From a virus (taxonomy: Duplodnaviria > Heunggongvirae > Uroviricota > Caudoviricetes): 64,000 bases of DNA. The stretch lies in the IMG/VR virus record IMGVR_UViG_3300025530_000411, one strand, 5' to 3'. The translations under genes and the position numbers were made by a program. This document shows positions 35,678-46,833 of the stretch, piece after piece. The stretch's first letter is position 1; each line of letters opens with the position of its first letter. A model generated the notes under the pieces. The model searched no databases. It had not been told where the DNA came from and saw only the letters and a program-made list of their open reading frames with translations.

Positions 35678-36652
35678 CCGATGCTGAAAGCTGTAAATTG
35701 GAACAAGCTGGAGGATGATTACAGTTTAACTTTTTGGAATCAGAATGTGATGCAAATTTGGACAGATAAAGAGATACCTCTTGCTAATGACCAAATGGTA
35801 TGGATGAAGTTATCGAAGGAAGAACAAGAAACCTACATGAAGGTACTTGGTGGATTGACGTTGTTAGATACCATGCAAGGTGATGACGGCATGCCCAATA
35901 TTGGGAAGCATGTCGAAGGACTGCAAAGAAAAGCAGTCTTGAGTGTAATGGGATTTATGGAACACATGCATGCAAAATCCTATAGTAGTATATTTACGAC
36001 ACTAGCCAGCAATGAACAAATTGACTCTCTGTTCGCATGGATACACAAACATCTTACGTTGCAGGAAAAATCATCGATCATTTTAGATTGTTACACAAAT
36101 ATCAAATCTAAGAAGGATTTATATGTGGCAATGGCAGCTTCTGTAGCTTTGGAAAGTTTTCTTTTCTACAGTGGGTTTTTCTATCCGCTATATCTCGCTG
36201 GTCAAGGAAAAATGACAGCCAGTGGGGAAATTATTGATTTGATCCTACGTGATGAAAGCATCCACGGTTTGTATGTTGGAATGCTTGCACAGGAAATTTT
36301 CTCTGAACTATCTCCCAATGAACAAGACGAAGTTCAAGAAAAAGTGTATAATTTGTTCAGAATACTTTATCAACTGGAAATTAAATACACTACAGAATTG
36401 TACAAGAATGTGGGTTTGGTAGATGAAGTGACGAATTTTGTGATATATAACGGACAGAAAGCCCTTATGAATTTGGGGGTGAATTACACTGTGGTGTTCC
36501 CTAACGAAGTGCAAGTGAATCCAATTGTCCTCAACGGAATAAATACGCAGACGAAACACCACGATTTCTTCTCTAAGAAAGGTAATGGGTATGTAAAAGC
36601 CCTTAATGTACATCCGCTCACAGACGAAGACTTTGTGTTTCCCAACCTTTGA
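35678..36652 (+). CDS. nrdF: class Ib ribonucleotide reductase beta subunit NrdF
   Basis: Ferritin-like di-iron RNR beta features. The start was chosen at MLKAVNWNK with a GGGGGA SD. Confidence 0.85.
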   Translation, partial: PMLKAVNWNKLEDDYSLTFWNQNVMQIWTDKEIPLANDQMVWMKLSKEEQETYMKVLGGLTLLDTMQGDDGMPNIGKHVEGLQRKAVLSVMGFMEHMHAKSYSSIFTTLASNEQIDSLFAWIHKHLTLQEKSSIILDCYTNIKSKKDLYVAMAASVALESFLFYSGFFYPLYLAGQGKMTASGEIIDLILRDESIHGLYVGMLAQEIFSELSPNEQDEVQEKVYNLFRILYQLEIKYTTELYKNVGLVDEVTNFVIYNGQKALMNLGVNYTVVFPNEVQVNPIVLNGINTQTKHHDFFSKKGNGYVKALNVHPLTDEDFVFPNL

Positions 36653-36676
36653 TATACAAATATGTTGTGTAAACGG

Positions 36677-36718
36677 GAAGGCATATCGGAATTTTAACCG
36701 ATATGCCATTCTTTTTAA
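36677..36718 (+). terminator. intrinsic terminator after nrdF
   Basis: GGCATATCGG...CCGATATGCC stem followed by a TTTTT run. Confidence 0.6.
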
Positions 36719-36852
36719 TTTACCAAATTGAGATATCTCATTGTTCACGGAAGAATTTTCTAGCATTCCCATATGGGATGCTTCCTGTATTAAAAAGCCT
36801 GTGCAATGGAGTATACATTAACACTAATTACATACAATTGGTAATGAAAACG

Positions 36853-36881
36853 AAAGGACTGCATAATATGCAGTCCTTTTG
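36853..36881. terminator. bidirectional terminator
   Basis: GGACTGCAT-AAT-ATGCAGTCC followed by TTTT. It lies immediately 3' of the minus-strand gene that ends at 36884. Confidence 0.55.
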
Positions 36882-36883
36882 CC

Positions 36884-37360
36884 TTACATTTCCACTAGAT
36901 GGAAGTATTTAATATCATTTTTGCTAACAGGTCCCAAACCTAATGTGTTTAAATGATCAACAAACCACTCAGTGAATTTATCACGTGTCATGTTTAAACC
37001 AAGCAGTATTTCGTGCGCCTGTACACCCACTACGAGCAATTGTTCTTCGGATTCGATGTCCCATTCGGAACCGCCTGCGGGCATTCCCATGTAACACCGT
37101 ATCCAATTGTGTCTGTAAACCATCTGACGAATAATATTCACGGCAACTTGGTTATACAAGTTATATTTTGCAATGGCGAGTCTGACCATATCTGCATCTG
37201 ATATCTGATCTTGTTCTTCATGAGGAATACAAGCCCGTCCAAGTTCCAAGTATCTGTCTTTGTCCCTTTCGACAACTTTCATAAGTTGTGTATCATCAAG
37301 TTGGTCGACAGAATTTTTGGCATCTATGGACACGCCGATCAGATGGTATATCTTGTACAT
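36884..37360 (-). CDS. hypothetical protein
   Basis: The start at MYKIYHLIGV has a GGGGTGGA SD. Confidence 0.5.
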   Translation of the reverse strand: MYKIYHLIGVSIDAKNSVDQLDDTQLMKVVERDKDRYLELGRACIPHEEQDQISDADMVRLAIAKYNLYNQVAVNIIRQMVYRHNWIRCYMGMPAGGSEWDIESEEQLLVVGVQAHEILLGLNMTRDKFTEWFVDHLNTLGLGPVSKNDIKYFHLVEM

Positions 37361-37511
37361 AGTTCCACCCCACATTCATCCTACGTAGGATTATAACATA
37401 AGGCACTTCCGGCAGTCAATTGTAATGAACTACAAGTATTGCGTGCAGAAGCTTCTTGTGGTACAATTTCCATGTAATAAGATACTTGTGTAAGGAGTGT
37501 GTGCAATTGTG

Positions 37512-38159
37512 AATGCTGTTCGTCTAAGTCATGTCCACAGTCGTTTGGAAAGCATCTTGAAGGAGATATCTCATCTGCGTCACGAAATGGCCCAAATAAT
37601 CGGAAGCGACGATGCACTCGCCCACATGTTGTTTATGAAACAGCACAATCTGTACTACATTGATCTGGATGAAGTTACACAGCCGCTGACCAAGTTCAAG
37701 GAATCCTTGGAAGACTGGATGGATGCAAAATCGAATGCAGTTTTGTGGCAGTCCATAAGTGGTCACTTCCGTACGAACCATTGCAATCGAGATGTAGATG
37801 AACACATGTCGGCATGGGAGTTACTCAAGCCCATAGCAGGCAATGTTCCCTACAATGCTGTGTGGGGAAGATGTTCGGCGGCTTTGGAAGCACGTGGCGA
37901 CGTGAATGCAGCCGATGTAGCGGAATTCGCCAGCTACAGCCTGCAACCAGTGTTTTCCAAGATCGACTTGAGCAGGATTGATGCTGCAAAGTACGTCGAA
38001 ATGTTCGGACTATTCAGCATAAAACCCGATGAGTGGTGGCTCATCAAAGATCAAAAGATCAAAGATGAACACCTGCGGGAAGCGGTGATGGTAGAATTCA
38101 TCTTGGCTGTGCTGAATGCCATGGGATTCGACATCCAACATATCCACAGCTACGTCTGA
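37512..38159 (+). CDS. hypothetical protein
   Basis: The start is the GTG 11 nt after TGTAAGGAGTGT. Confidence 0.5.
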   Translation, partial: NAVRLSHVHSRLESILKEISHLRHEMAQIIGSDDALAHMLFMKQHNLYYIDLDEVTQPLTKFKESLEDWMDAKSNAVLWQSISGHFRTNHCNRDVDEHMSAWELLKPIAGNVPYNAVWGRCSAALEARGDVNAADVAEFASYSLQPVFSKIDLSRIDAAKYVEMFGLFSIKPDEWWLIKDQKIKDEHLREAVMVEFILAVLNAMGFDIQHIHSYV

Positions 38160-38214
38160 ACATATGCCAAGCAAATGATTAATCAATATGTAAAATGTGT
38201 GAGGTGTCTATGCA

Positions 38215-38718
38215 ATGTTTACGATCAACAAAAAGAATGTCTGGGATTTGCCCAATTCCTTCATTCAGGTGATCTTCGATCAAGACAAAGTCTTACCCAG
38301 CGAAGAATCGTTCGACCTGTTCAAAGAACCCCACAAATTCCGTGATTTTCTCGTTGAACTCAACCTTTACGTCAGGGGCGGCATGGTCGAACATTATGAA
38401 GCAGTGTTCGAAGATATGCGGAAATTGGTCACGTCTCCTTCTTCCTTCCACAAGAAGGGAATTCTCGACATTCCGGAAGACGACCGCGTGTTCATCATTG
38501 TGTACATCCAACACAATGATGGAGATCGCCAGATCGAAACCGTGCAACTCCTTCTCGACCAAAAATACGCCATCTACACCAAGTCCACTGTAAAAGATGC
38601 AAAGATGCATACCTTTATGGTGAACGGCGAACAATTCGATCTGGGCATACTGTCGGAAGAAGACAGGAACAAAGTCGTGCAGCGCTATCTGGGTCAGGGA
38701 ATCCACTACAATTTCTGA
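38215..38718 (+). CDS. hypothetical protein
   Basis: A 167-aa ORF with a GTGAGGTG SD. Confidence 0.5.
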   Translation: MFTINKKNVWDLPNSFIQVIFDQDKVLPSEESFDLFKEPHKFRDFLVELNLYVRGGMVEHYEAVFEDMRKLVTSPSSFHKKGILDIPEDDRVFIIVYIQHNDGDRQIETVQLLLDQKYAIYTKSTVKDAKMHTFMVNGEQFDLGILSEEDRNKVVQRYLGQGIHYNF

Positions 38719-38742
38719 TCGTCCAAACAAAAAGAGAAGCTG

Positions 38743-40521
38743 TCATATAGACAGCTTCTCTTTTTTATATTCGTCGACGATTTGTACCAAAGTTTCTTGA
38801 TCCATGAATCGATGTTCGATAAGGTATACAGCAATGCGTTCCACGAGTTCGAAGTTGTCATGTATGAGGGATTTGGTTTCTTCATACATTTTGTTTCGAA
38901 TCTTCGCTACACTTTCCTGCACGCGTTCGTCATCTTCCCCGACGTTTTCTGCAAACAGATTCTTAGCGTCTTCTGCCATGCCGTACTTCGTCACATAGGC
39001 AAACAAGATGCGATTAATTTGCCGCAGATCGTCTGCAGCACCCGTTGTGTAGTCTCCATCGAGCATCTTTTCTTCGACTATTCTGCCACCGAGCAGCATC
39101 TTTACCCGATTCTCGATGTGACTTTTGCGCCACAGAACACTATCCCCATCTATTGGTGCTACGTGACCAAGTGCCTTGTTATACGACTTTACGGTAATAT
39201 ATGCTACAGACTTGGCACCTTCCGGATGGAGGAGACATCTTACCGTGGCATGGCCGGCTTCATGGTACGCAATGATGCGAAGTTCGTCTTCCGACGGTTT
39301 GTAGTCGGTCTCTATGCCGACTGTGCTCCGTATGATTGCTTCCCTCAGACATTCGGCGTCCACAATATCTTTCTTGTATCGATGTGCCAGACTGCAAGCA
39401 TCGTTGACTATCTGTCTGATGTCTGCCGCACACTTGCCGTTTGTCCGTACAGCAAGAAAGTTTATGAAGTCTTCTTCCATGACTTTGGGATCGAGGACAT
39501 CTTTCCTACGGTCGAGATACATGCGGAAAATGGCTTTTCTGTCTTTGAAATCGGGCTGCGGTACGTTTATCGTCTTGTCAAACCTTCCTGCACGTACGAG
39601 TGCCGAATCCAGCTTGTCCGCCATGTTGGTAGCTGCTATGAACAAAATGTGGTCATCTTTGTCAAATCCGTCCATGGCAGTAAGAAGGGTGTTGAGCGTT
39701 TGGTTGGTTTCCACTACCGTCCGCTTTTCTCTGGCAACGCCGATGGCATCAATTTCGTCAATGAAGAGTATTGCCCTACCGTGTATTTCCGATTGTTTCT
39801 TTACATCGTTCAACACCTTTTCCAACCTGCGGCTTCCGCTGCCGACGAATTTGTTTTCTATGCGGGAAGCAGAAATGTGGAAGAACGGTGTGCCGCTTTC
39901 TCCGGCGATGGCACGTGCACACAGAGTCTTACCATTGCCCGGAGGTCCTGTCAAGAGGAGTCCTTTGGGTATGTGTACACCGTATTTTTTGTAGGACTGT
40001 GGGTTCCTTAACATATCTACATATTCTTTCAGTTCTTCCTTTAACCGTTCATATCCCGCTATATCATCGAAAGAGGTGTCCACATCGGTAGACTTACTGA
40101 CGTAAATGTCTTCCGAAACCATCGATACCATATATCGGAGAAATACCAAGATGAGTATCAAGACAATGGCACTGAAAAGTCCGGAAACAATAGATTTCCC
40201 AATGTTCATGGGGTTGGTCTTGAAAGATACTTCCACCCCATGTTCGGCAAGCAGATCGAGAATCGTCGGGTTGAAGGACAAATAGAGGCTCGGGTACCTC
40301 ACGGCATAGTATTCGTCGCCTATTTTGTATCTGAGCGTAGCCTCGCTTTCGTAGTTATGTACATATTCTATCTTTTCTACGTCTTCCGACTGCAGAATAT
40401 TCATAAATTCCGTGAGGGATTGTGATTTGTACATCTTGTCGAGTTGCCATGATTTGATAAACATCATTCCGATGACTGTGATAACGAGTATCACAGCACC
40501 TATCAGAAGTTTCTTTTTCAT
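38743..40521 (-). CDS. ftsH: FtsH-like membrane-anchored AAA+ zinc metalloprotease
   Basis: An N-terminal TM helix, then an AAA module (Walker A LLTGPPGNGKTL, Walker B ILFIDEIDA), then an M41 zinc site (HEAGHA). The start has an AGGAGGT SD. Confidence 0.85.
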   Translation of the reverse strand: MKKKLLIGAVILVITVIGMMFIKSWQLDKMYKSQSLTEFMNILQSEDVEKIEYVHNYESEATLRYKIGDEYYAVRYPSLYLSFNPTILDLLAEHGVEVSFKTNPMNIGKSIVSGLFSAIVLILILVFLRYMVSMVSEDIYVSKSTDVDTSFDDIAGYERLKEELKEYVDMLRNPQSYKKYGVHIPKGLLLTGPPGNGKTLCARAIAGESGTPFFHISASRIENKFVGSGSRRLEKVLNDVKKQSEIHGRAILFIDEIDAIGVAREKRTVVETNQTLNTLLTAMDGFDKDDHILFIAATNMADKLDSALVRAGRFDKTINVPQPDFKDRKAIFRMYLDRRKDVLDPKVMEEDFINFLAVRTNGKCAADIRQIVNDACSLAHRYKKDIVDAECLREAIIRSTVGIETDYKPSEDELRIIAYHEAGHATVRCLLHPEGAKSVAYITVKSYNKALGHVAPIDGDSVLWRKSHIENRVKMLLGGRIVEEKMLDGDYTTGAADDLRQINRILFAYVTKYGMAEDAKNLFAENVGEDDERVQESVAKIRNKMYEETKSLIHDNFELVERIAVYLIEHRFMDQETLVQIVDEYKKEKLSI

Positions 40522-40666
40522 TGTATACCTCCTAGTGCGCGTTCATATATGAAGTTTATCATATGGAGGACCGTTCGTTCAATTATGTTACGTTCTGTTC
40601 GAAGTATTGACTTATCATCCGTCCGTGCATTACAATTGTGATAAGTAAGTATGTGTGGTGATACAT

Positions 40667-41275
40667 ATGTCCAAATTGAACGAACACAAAAAGCTATACA
40701 AATTCCTCAACGAAGCTCGCAAACGTTGCAAAACTATGGCCAATGCATACGTGGAAAACTTTGTACGTCTACAGCATGCACATGCCGAAAAAGAACGTCT
40801 TATCAATTTGATGATAGAAGAACAACAAAGGCGCAATACGTTCTTCAGCAAAGTCAAGAACATAATCGGAAAAGCTGACGACAATACGCCGTTGGAACAG
40901 TACAGAACAATGGCGGAATCGTGCGATGCAACGATCGAAGAATTGACCAAGGCGAATTATGAATATGGTAAGCAGGTACATGACGACATTGCGACCATGG
41001 ATGCCGTAACGGGTAGACTCATGGAAAAACACGATCTTCTGCAGAAGCAAGTGGAACAATATATGCATGTAAAGACAGATACCTGGGTGAAGGAAATGCA
41101 TCTGAACCAACATTTCCCCAGGTATTCTGAAACGATGCGAAAGTGCGAAGCTGTACTCATGTTCCTCAAAGAGTACATCATCAAACGGATGGACATCGAC
41201 GATGCCAAATCTTTACGTTCGTCTGCGTCCAATGCGCCCATGACGGTCAGACGACGTCACCACCTTGGAGTATAA
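40667..41275 (+). CDS. hypothetical coiled-coil protein
   Basis: ORF starting at MSKLNEHKK. Its 3' end overlaps the convergent J-domain gene by about 60 nt. Confidence 0.45.
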   Translation: MSKLNEHKKLYKFLNEARKRCKTMANAYVENFVRLQHAHAEKERLINLMIEEQQRRNTFFSKVKNIIGKADDNTPLEQYRTMAESCDATIEELTKANYEYGKQVHDDIATMDAVTGRLMEKHDLLQKQVEQYMHVKTDTWVKEMHLNQHFPRYSETMRKCEAVLMFLKEYIIKRMDIDDAKSLRSSASNAPMTVRRRHHLGV

Positions 41276-42148
41276 CATCCCCACACCAATCCCGACGAGA
41301 TATAGAATGCGTATCAAAGCAGCTAGGAAAAGTGCTGATGCCAGCATCTCCCTCAGCGTATACGTGTAAACGGCGTCCAACATCGACGTTCCGACCATCG
41401 CAAAGATCCACCCAAATGCGAATATATTGATGCGTTTGCGCGCCTTCCTAGGGTATATGCTGAACAACCAGAAAAGTGCACAGTGGATGGTTTCATATAT
41501 GCCGGCTATCAGATACGAAATGAATCTTACTTTCATTCCGTACATTTGCTTCAAAGTAAGAATATATACCTTCGGATAGAAGTCGGGACTTGGTATTCCT
41601 TCGATATACGGAGAAGAAAACACGCCAAATTTCCGCAACACGTCTTGAAGATTGGATGACTTATTTTCGTCCGTCCGCTTGTCTTGTGCCTTTTGTTCCG
41701 ACTTCTTGTGCCGTTTGGTGCGTTTTGCCTGCTTGTCTTGCCGTTCATGATGCGTATGTTGTTTTTGCTGCCGATGGGCATTCTGATTTTGCGCATGTTG
41801 TTCTTGTTGTTGGTTGGCGCGCTGATATTGATCCTGTTGTTCCCATTGGCGATATGCATTATGGTACTGGGTTTGTTGCCAGTTAGATCTTGCGTTTCTT
41901 TGGGGAGTTTCTTGTCCCCCTGTACCCGAATGGTTGTTTCCATCTTCGTAGTTCGGTTGGGAAGCATTCTTTCTCCTATGAATATCCTCAATCATGGCGA
42001 ATGCGGCGTTGATACGCGCCATTTTTTCATTGGCATCCGCGTCCTTACATACATCCGGATGATACTTCATGGCCAATTTCCTATATATTCTTTTTATTTC
42101 TTCAAAATCTGTATCCGGACTTACTTGTAGGATTTCATACGGATTCAT
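41213..42148 (-). CDS. J-domain protein with Gln/His-rich linker and C-terminal TM helices
   Basis: The J-domain with HPD motif is NPYEILQVSPDTDFEEIKRIYRKLAMKYHPDV. A low-complexity Q/H/N-rich segment follows, then three or four hydrophobic helices. Confidence 0.6.
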   Translation of the reverse strand: MNPYEILQVSPDTDFEEIKRIYRKLAMKYHPDVCKDADANEKMARINAAFAMIEDIHRRKNASQPNYEDGNNHSGTGGQETPQRNARSNWQQTQYHNAYRQWEQQDQYQRANQQQEQHAQNQNAHRQQKQHTHHERQDKQAKRTKRHKKSEQKAQDKRTDENKSSNLQDVLRKFGVFSSPYIEGIPSPDFYPKVYILTLKQMYGMKVRFISYLIAGIYETIHCALFWLFSIYPRKARKRINIFAFGWIFAMVGTSMLDAVYTYTLREMLASALFLAALIRILYLVGIGVGMLYSKVVTSSDRHGRIGRRRT

Positions 42149-42237
42149 GGTCATGCACTTCCCAAAGTATTATTCTACACATTATTATAACATGCAAAAT
42201 GCTTTTCCGACAATAATTCCGATGGGGATGATGTATT

Positions 42238-42843
42238 GTGGTCAAATTGATCAGAAAACTGTTTCGGCTGTTTGAACTACTGAACAAGGAAAAGAGAAAA
42301 AGGAAAAGGAATTTCCGGGAAGGAAGGAAAGGAGAACTGTCAGTATATAGGTATCTATGCCGCATGGGTTATGAAGATGCAATCATGCATGATCTCATCC
42401 TGCGCGACCCAAAAACCGGAGTCATGGCGCAGGTTGACATACTGCTCGCAACGAAGAATGCAGTATTGATAATAGAAGTCAAAACCCAAAATTTCAGATG
42501 CATGGAGGGACATGTGGATTCCGATTCTTGGACCGTTATTTACGGAAACGGCAAAAGATACGCTTCCAACAACATGTACAAACAAGCGTTGAAACAAAAG
42601 AAAGTGGTACAGTCCCTGCTGAAAAAATACGGCATACTTTGTCCTGTATACAGTGTTGTATTTATACAGAACAAAAACGACAATATACAGGTGGATATCG
42701 AGGGACTGAACAATGCCGAAGTCATATTTACCACATCGCTTGATCGCATAGATTGGAACTCTATAAGGAAGGAACCCCATGGAAAAGTCAAAAAAGTATT
42801 CGTTGCAGAAAATGCCAAAAATTCATATGTGAGACTTCGGTGA
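42238..42843 (+). CDS. NERD (nuclease-related domain) protein
   Basis: GELSVYRYL...DLIL...AQVDILLATKNAVLIIEVK matches the NERD pattern. Confidence 0.5.
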   Translation: MVKLIRKLFRLFELLNKEKRKRKRNFREGRKGELSVYRYLCRMGYEDAIMHDLILRDPKTGVMAQVDILLATKNAVLIIEVKTQNFRCMEGHVDSDSWTVIYGNGKRYASNNMYKQALKQKKVVQSLLKKYGILCPVYSVVFIQNKNDNIQVDIEGLNNAEVIFTTSLDRIDWNSIRKEPHGKVKKVFVAENAKNSYVRLR

Positions 42844-42855
42844 AAGGTAAAGGCG

Positions 42856-43278
42856 GTGTTTTTCGTGTTCATGGTACATACTGGCACTGGAAAGCAAGAA
42901 CGTGGTACATACGTTCCCGGCGTAGGCAAAGATTGGTACGACAGAATAAGGAAGCCAGATGGGTGGGTTCCCATTGATGTGTTTAATCTGCATTCTTTGG
43001 ACGATGTGAAGAGATTGTTGGTGCATCCCCATTCCTACTCGTTTTACTATACGAACAAACTTTCGTGTATGTGTGTCATGTTTTACATGGATGGCAACGT
43101 ACTTGGAGCAAGTTGCGCCATACATAGATCAAGCATCATTAACAAAGCCCATTATCATGCGAACGGTGAATACCTGGGATGCATCCCGTACAAGCATGCA
43201 TACAACAAGTATGCCCATATGTTTGATCGTTTGTTCTTCACCATATACAGAAATGTATTGCGCAGTGTTAATGATTGA
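42856..43278 (+). CDS. hypothetical protein
   Basis: A 140-aa ORF whose start is uncertain. Confidence 0.4.
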   Translation: MFFVFMVHTGTGKQERGTYVPGVGKDWYDRIRKPDGWVPIDVFNLHSLDDVKRLLVHPHSYSFYYTNKLSCMCVMFYMDGNVLGASCAIHRSSIINKAHYHANGEYLGCIPYKHAYNKYAHMFDRLFFTIYRNVLRSVND

Positions 43279-43326
43279 CTGCACTGTAGATTAATGCTAA
43301 AATTTAAGTGAAAGGAGAGAATAGAA

Positions 43327-44340
43327 ATGAGACAGATGAACGTCTTCCGAGTGTATTCGGTAGATCTTGAAAAGGAAACCTGCGTCATCACTGACGGCAG
43401 ACACTATATAGAAATACGTACGGACGGAGATGTAGCAGTCATCCCAGGTCAATACTGGCTCGTGGATCTCGATGACTACGCACTCGTCGTTGAATGTCAA
43501 GAAGAAACTATCGACGTATTCAACGACGGCGTGTATGTACGCTATTCCTTCGGCAGAGAACCGGAAGCCATAGATATGGAACATAGGCAAGATCCGTCCG
43601 ACGTCAATGCAGACAGAGATAACATGAAAGACGTGTTTGAGGTGGAACAGATCATGAAACAAGACACGTCTTTCGAAAGCCACCACGTACTCGAATCCGG
43701 TCAATCGGCAAGCATACATGCCAAAATTGTGGGTCGTGCGCTGCACCAATATTGCCCGGAGCTTGGGGTAGTGCGGGTTTCTCCCTTGACTCCCAAAGTT
43801 CTGAAACAAATGATTTCAACTGAAGGTCCTGTAACTTATCATCCGGAGCATAGTTTGATAGCATTCCCAAATGGTTCGCATGTGCAAATAAATGAAGGCG
43901 AGGAATTGGAAATCTTCGAAGACTTGGTCATAGATGCCCGCAAATCGGCAGATCAAACTGTTACAGGAACGGTCCGCAGCAGTTACATCGACAATGTACC
44001 GAAAGTAGTGGTGGGAAAACATACTGGCAAATACTTTATAGATCCATCCCAATCCAGCATCATATATCCGGAAATGGAATACGTCATTTCCCCAAGTCTA
44101 CAGAGTAGGATACAGTTCATCATGGAACCCGTACCGTATGATGTATTCAAAAGATGCGTGGAACAGTATCTGTTCAGCAATTGGGGAATGGATAGGGAAC
44201 TTTTGTGCGAATATCTGCATAGGGAATATACCAACTTCAACGGCGTTCCTATATCCCTTTCCCTGGAAGACCGCATACAGTTGCAAGAAAGGATTTTGGG
44301 GATAGAAAGAGGAAGGTGTGCAGAATACGTTCGGAAATAA
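43327..44340 (+). CDS. hypothetical protein
   Basis: A 337-aa ORF with an AAAGGAGAG SD, followed by a terminator. Confidence 0.5.
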   Translation: MRQMNVFRVYSVDLEKETCVITDGRHYIEIRTDGDVAVIPGQYWLVDLDDYALVVECQEETIDVFNDGVYVRYSFGREPEAIDMEHRQDPSDVNADRDNMKDVFEVEQIMKQDTSFESHHVLESGQSASIHAKIVGRALHQYCPELGVVRVSPLTPKVLKQMISTEGPVTYHPEHSLIAFPNGSHVQINEGEELEIFEDLVIDARKSADQTVTGTVRSSYIDNVPKVVVGKHTGKYFIDPSQSSIIYPEMEYVISPSLQSRIQFIMEPVPYDVFKRCVEQYLFSNWGMDRELLCEYLHREYTNFNGVPISLSLEDRIQLQERILGIERGRCAEYVRK

Positions 44341-44385
44341 AAAAGACCGCTGCCGATAGGCAGCGGTCTTTTCGTTTTTTCTGCA
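44341..44385. terminator. bidirectional intrinsic terminator
   Basis: AAGACCGCTGCC-GATA-GGCAGCGGTCTT flanked by A-runs and T-runs. Confidence 0.65.
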
Positions 44386-46833
44386 TTATTCTTCGTCGTC
44401 TTCGGAATAAATGGTGGACACGGACACCACTTTGGAATTCGCAGACAAGTTGAGGAGTTTCACGCCTTGTGCGTACCGGCTGTATTCCACGATTCCTTCG
44501 ATGGGTTGCCGGTTGATTTCGCCGGTATCGGTGACCATGACGATCTCGTCACCTTCCCCAACGACCTTGAGTCCGACGAGCGCACCCTTCGCATTGCGCG
44601 TATGCGTTGTCCGGATACCGCATCCTCCGTGCCGTTGCACCCTGTATTCTGCGAGATCTACGAGTTTTCCGTACCCGTCCGCCGTGATGACCACGATCTT
44701 GTTTTGCTGTTTGTCTGAAAGGATGTCTGCATCCACCACGCAGTCGCCTTTGTCCAAGCAGATGCCAAGGACGCCGAACGAATCGCGGGGCATTTCATCC
44801 AAACTGCTTTCTCTGAATCTGATGGCATTGCCTTCCTTGGTGCAGATAAGGATTTCGTCACCCGGCTTCACGCCAATAACCTTCACAATGCGGTCGTTCG
44901 TTCGAACGTTCATTGCAAGAAGACCAGCACGCGTAATGTTGTCGAAATCGGAAATGCGGGTCTTTTTGACATAACCCCTTTCCGTGATGAACAGAACGTG
45001 CGTGGACTCGCCGGACAGTGGCACGATGGATTGCACGTTTCCTTTGAGTTCCTTGCCGAGCAGACTGCCGACATGGATGCCACGAGCCACCTTGGATTTT
45101 TCCGGAATATCGTACACGTTGACCTTGTGAACGATGCCGGAATCCGTGAACATCAGCACCGAATCCCTTGTCGACGCACTGAACACCTGCGCTACGAAAT
45201 CGTCATCTTGAAGCTTCGTCATCACCCGCGCACGGTTGCCGCGACGCTGGCGTACAATGCTGTTCTCCGGTGCTCTCTTCATGTATCCGCGATTGGTGAC
45301 GGAGACGATGACCCTCTCGTCCGGAATGGTTTCAAGCACTTCTTCCAAGGAAGACTTCGCTTCTCTCGTAGTAATTTCCGTGCGCCGATCGTCGCCGTAT
45401 TTTTCGCCAAGTTCCGCAATTTCCGCTTTCAGCACTTGCAAGATGTTCTTGCGGGACGACAGGATTTCCATGTACTTCCGCTTTTGTTCCTGCTTTTCTG
45501 CCATTTCGTCACGAAGTTTGGTAGCTTCCAAGTTCGTCAACCCTGCAATGCGCATGTTGACGATTGCCGCCGATTGGATGTCAGAAATGCTGTATTTTGC
45601 CTTCAATGCAAACTTGGCTTCTTCTGCATCTTTAGAACTGCGGACGATCTTGATAACGTCGTCGATGTTGTTTTGTGCTACAAGCAACCCTTCCAAAATG
45701 TGAATGCGTTCTTCGACCTTTTTCAGATCGTATTCGGTGCGTCTGCGGATGATTTCTGCCTGATGATCGATATAGGCTTGTACGAGCTGCTTGAGGTTCA
45801 TCACCTGGGGCTTCCCGTTCTGCAACACCAAGTTTTTGACGGCAAACGTGGTGCGCAGGGCCGTTTGACGCATGAGTCTTTCACGGATGACGTCGACGTG
45901 AGCATCCCTCTTCAATTCGATGACGATTCGGATGCCATCTCGGTCGGATTCGTCGCGCAGATCTGCAATCCCTTCGACTTTCTTTTCTTTGACGAGTTCT
46001 GCAATCTTGGCGATGAGGTTGGCCTTGTTGACCATGTACGGCAGTTCCGTAACTACGAGGGCGGATTTCCCACCTTTGTATTCTTCGAATTCGATCTTGG
46101 ATTCGACCGAAACTGTACCCGTCCCCGTAGTATAGATGGACGGCAGAACGTTGCCGTTGGTCACGATGCCACCTGTAGGGAAGTCCGGACCTTTGACGTA
46201 TTCGAGGAGGTCCGACACTTCATACTGCTCGTCCATGTCGATCGCTTTCGTGATGGCGGCGCAGATTTCCCGCAGATTGTGCGGAGGCATGTTGGTCGCC
46301 ATACCTACAGCAATACCCTGCACGCCGTTGGCCAGAATGTTCGGAAACTTGGCGGGAAGAACGGAGGGTTCCACTTCTTCATTGTCGTAGTTCGGAACCA
46401 TGTCCACCGTTTCCTTGCCGATGTCACGAAGCATTTCCACGGCAAGCGGCGTGAGTCTGGCTTCCGTGTACCGCATGGCGGCTGCCGAATCGCCGTCGAT
46501 GGAACCGAAGTTGCCGTGTCCATCGACAAGCGGATAGCGCATGGAGAAGTCCTGTGCCATGCGCACCAAAGTACCGTACACGGCGGCGTCGCCGTGCGGG
46601 TGGTATTTACCGATAATTTCACCGACGATACGTGCGGACTTCTTGTAAGGGCTGTTCGGACCGATACCCAAATGATGCATGGCATACAGCACGCGCCTAT
46701 GTACGGGCTTAAGACCGTCGCGTACGTCCGGAAGCGCACGGCTCGTGATGACGCTCATTGCGTAATCGAGAAAGGAAGATTCCACTTCCTTGGATATCTC
46801 AAGGTCTATGATCCTTTCCAGGTTTTCAGACAT
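44386..46833 (-). CDS. gyrA: DNA gyrase / type IIA topoisomerase subunit A
   Basis: Collinear with GyrA over about 815 aa ([39 protein letters not shown], and C-terminal beta-pinwheel repeats). The start was chosen at MSENLERI with a GAGGAGG SD. Confidence 0.9.
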   Translation of the reverse strand: MSENLERIIDLEISKEVESSFLDYAMSVITSRALPDVRDGLKPVHRRVLYAMHHLGIGPNSPYKKSARIVGEIIGKYHPHGDAAVYGTLVRMAQDFSMRYPLVDGHGNFGSIDGDSAAAMRYTEARLTPLAVEMLRDIGKETVDMVPNYDNEEVEPSVLPAKFPNILANGVQGIAVGMATNMPPHNLREICAAITKAIDMDEQYEVSDLLEYVKGPDFPTGGIVTNGNVLPSIYTTGTGTVSVESKIEFEEYKGGKSALVVTELPYMVNKANLIAKIAELVKEKKVEGIADLRDESDRDGIRIVIELKRDAHVDVIRERLMRQTALRTTFAVKNLVLQNGKPQVMNLKQLVQAYIDHQAEIIRRRTEYDLKKVEERIHILEGLLVAQNNIDDVIKIVRSSKDAEEAKFALKAKYSISDIQSAAIVNMRIAGLTNLEATKLRDEMAEKQEQKRKYMEILSSRKNILQVLKAEIAELGEKYGDDRRTEITTREAKSSLEEVLETIPDERVIVSVTNRGYMKRAPENSIVRQRRGNRARVMTKLQDDDFVAQVFSASTRDSVLMFTDSGIVHKVNVYDIPEKSKVARGIHVGSLLGKELKGNVQSIVPLSGESTHVLFITERGYVKKTRISDFDNITRAGLLAMNVRTNDRIVKVIGVKPGDEILICTKEGNAIRFRESSLDEMPRDSFGVLGICLDKGDCVVDADILSDKQQNKIVVITADGYGKLVDLAEYRVQRHGGCGIRTTHTRNAKGALVGLKVVGEGDEIVMVTDTGEINRQPIEGIVEYSRYAQGVKLLNLSANSKVVSVSTIYSEDDEE

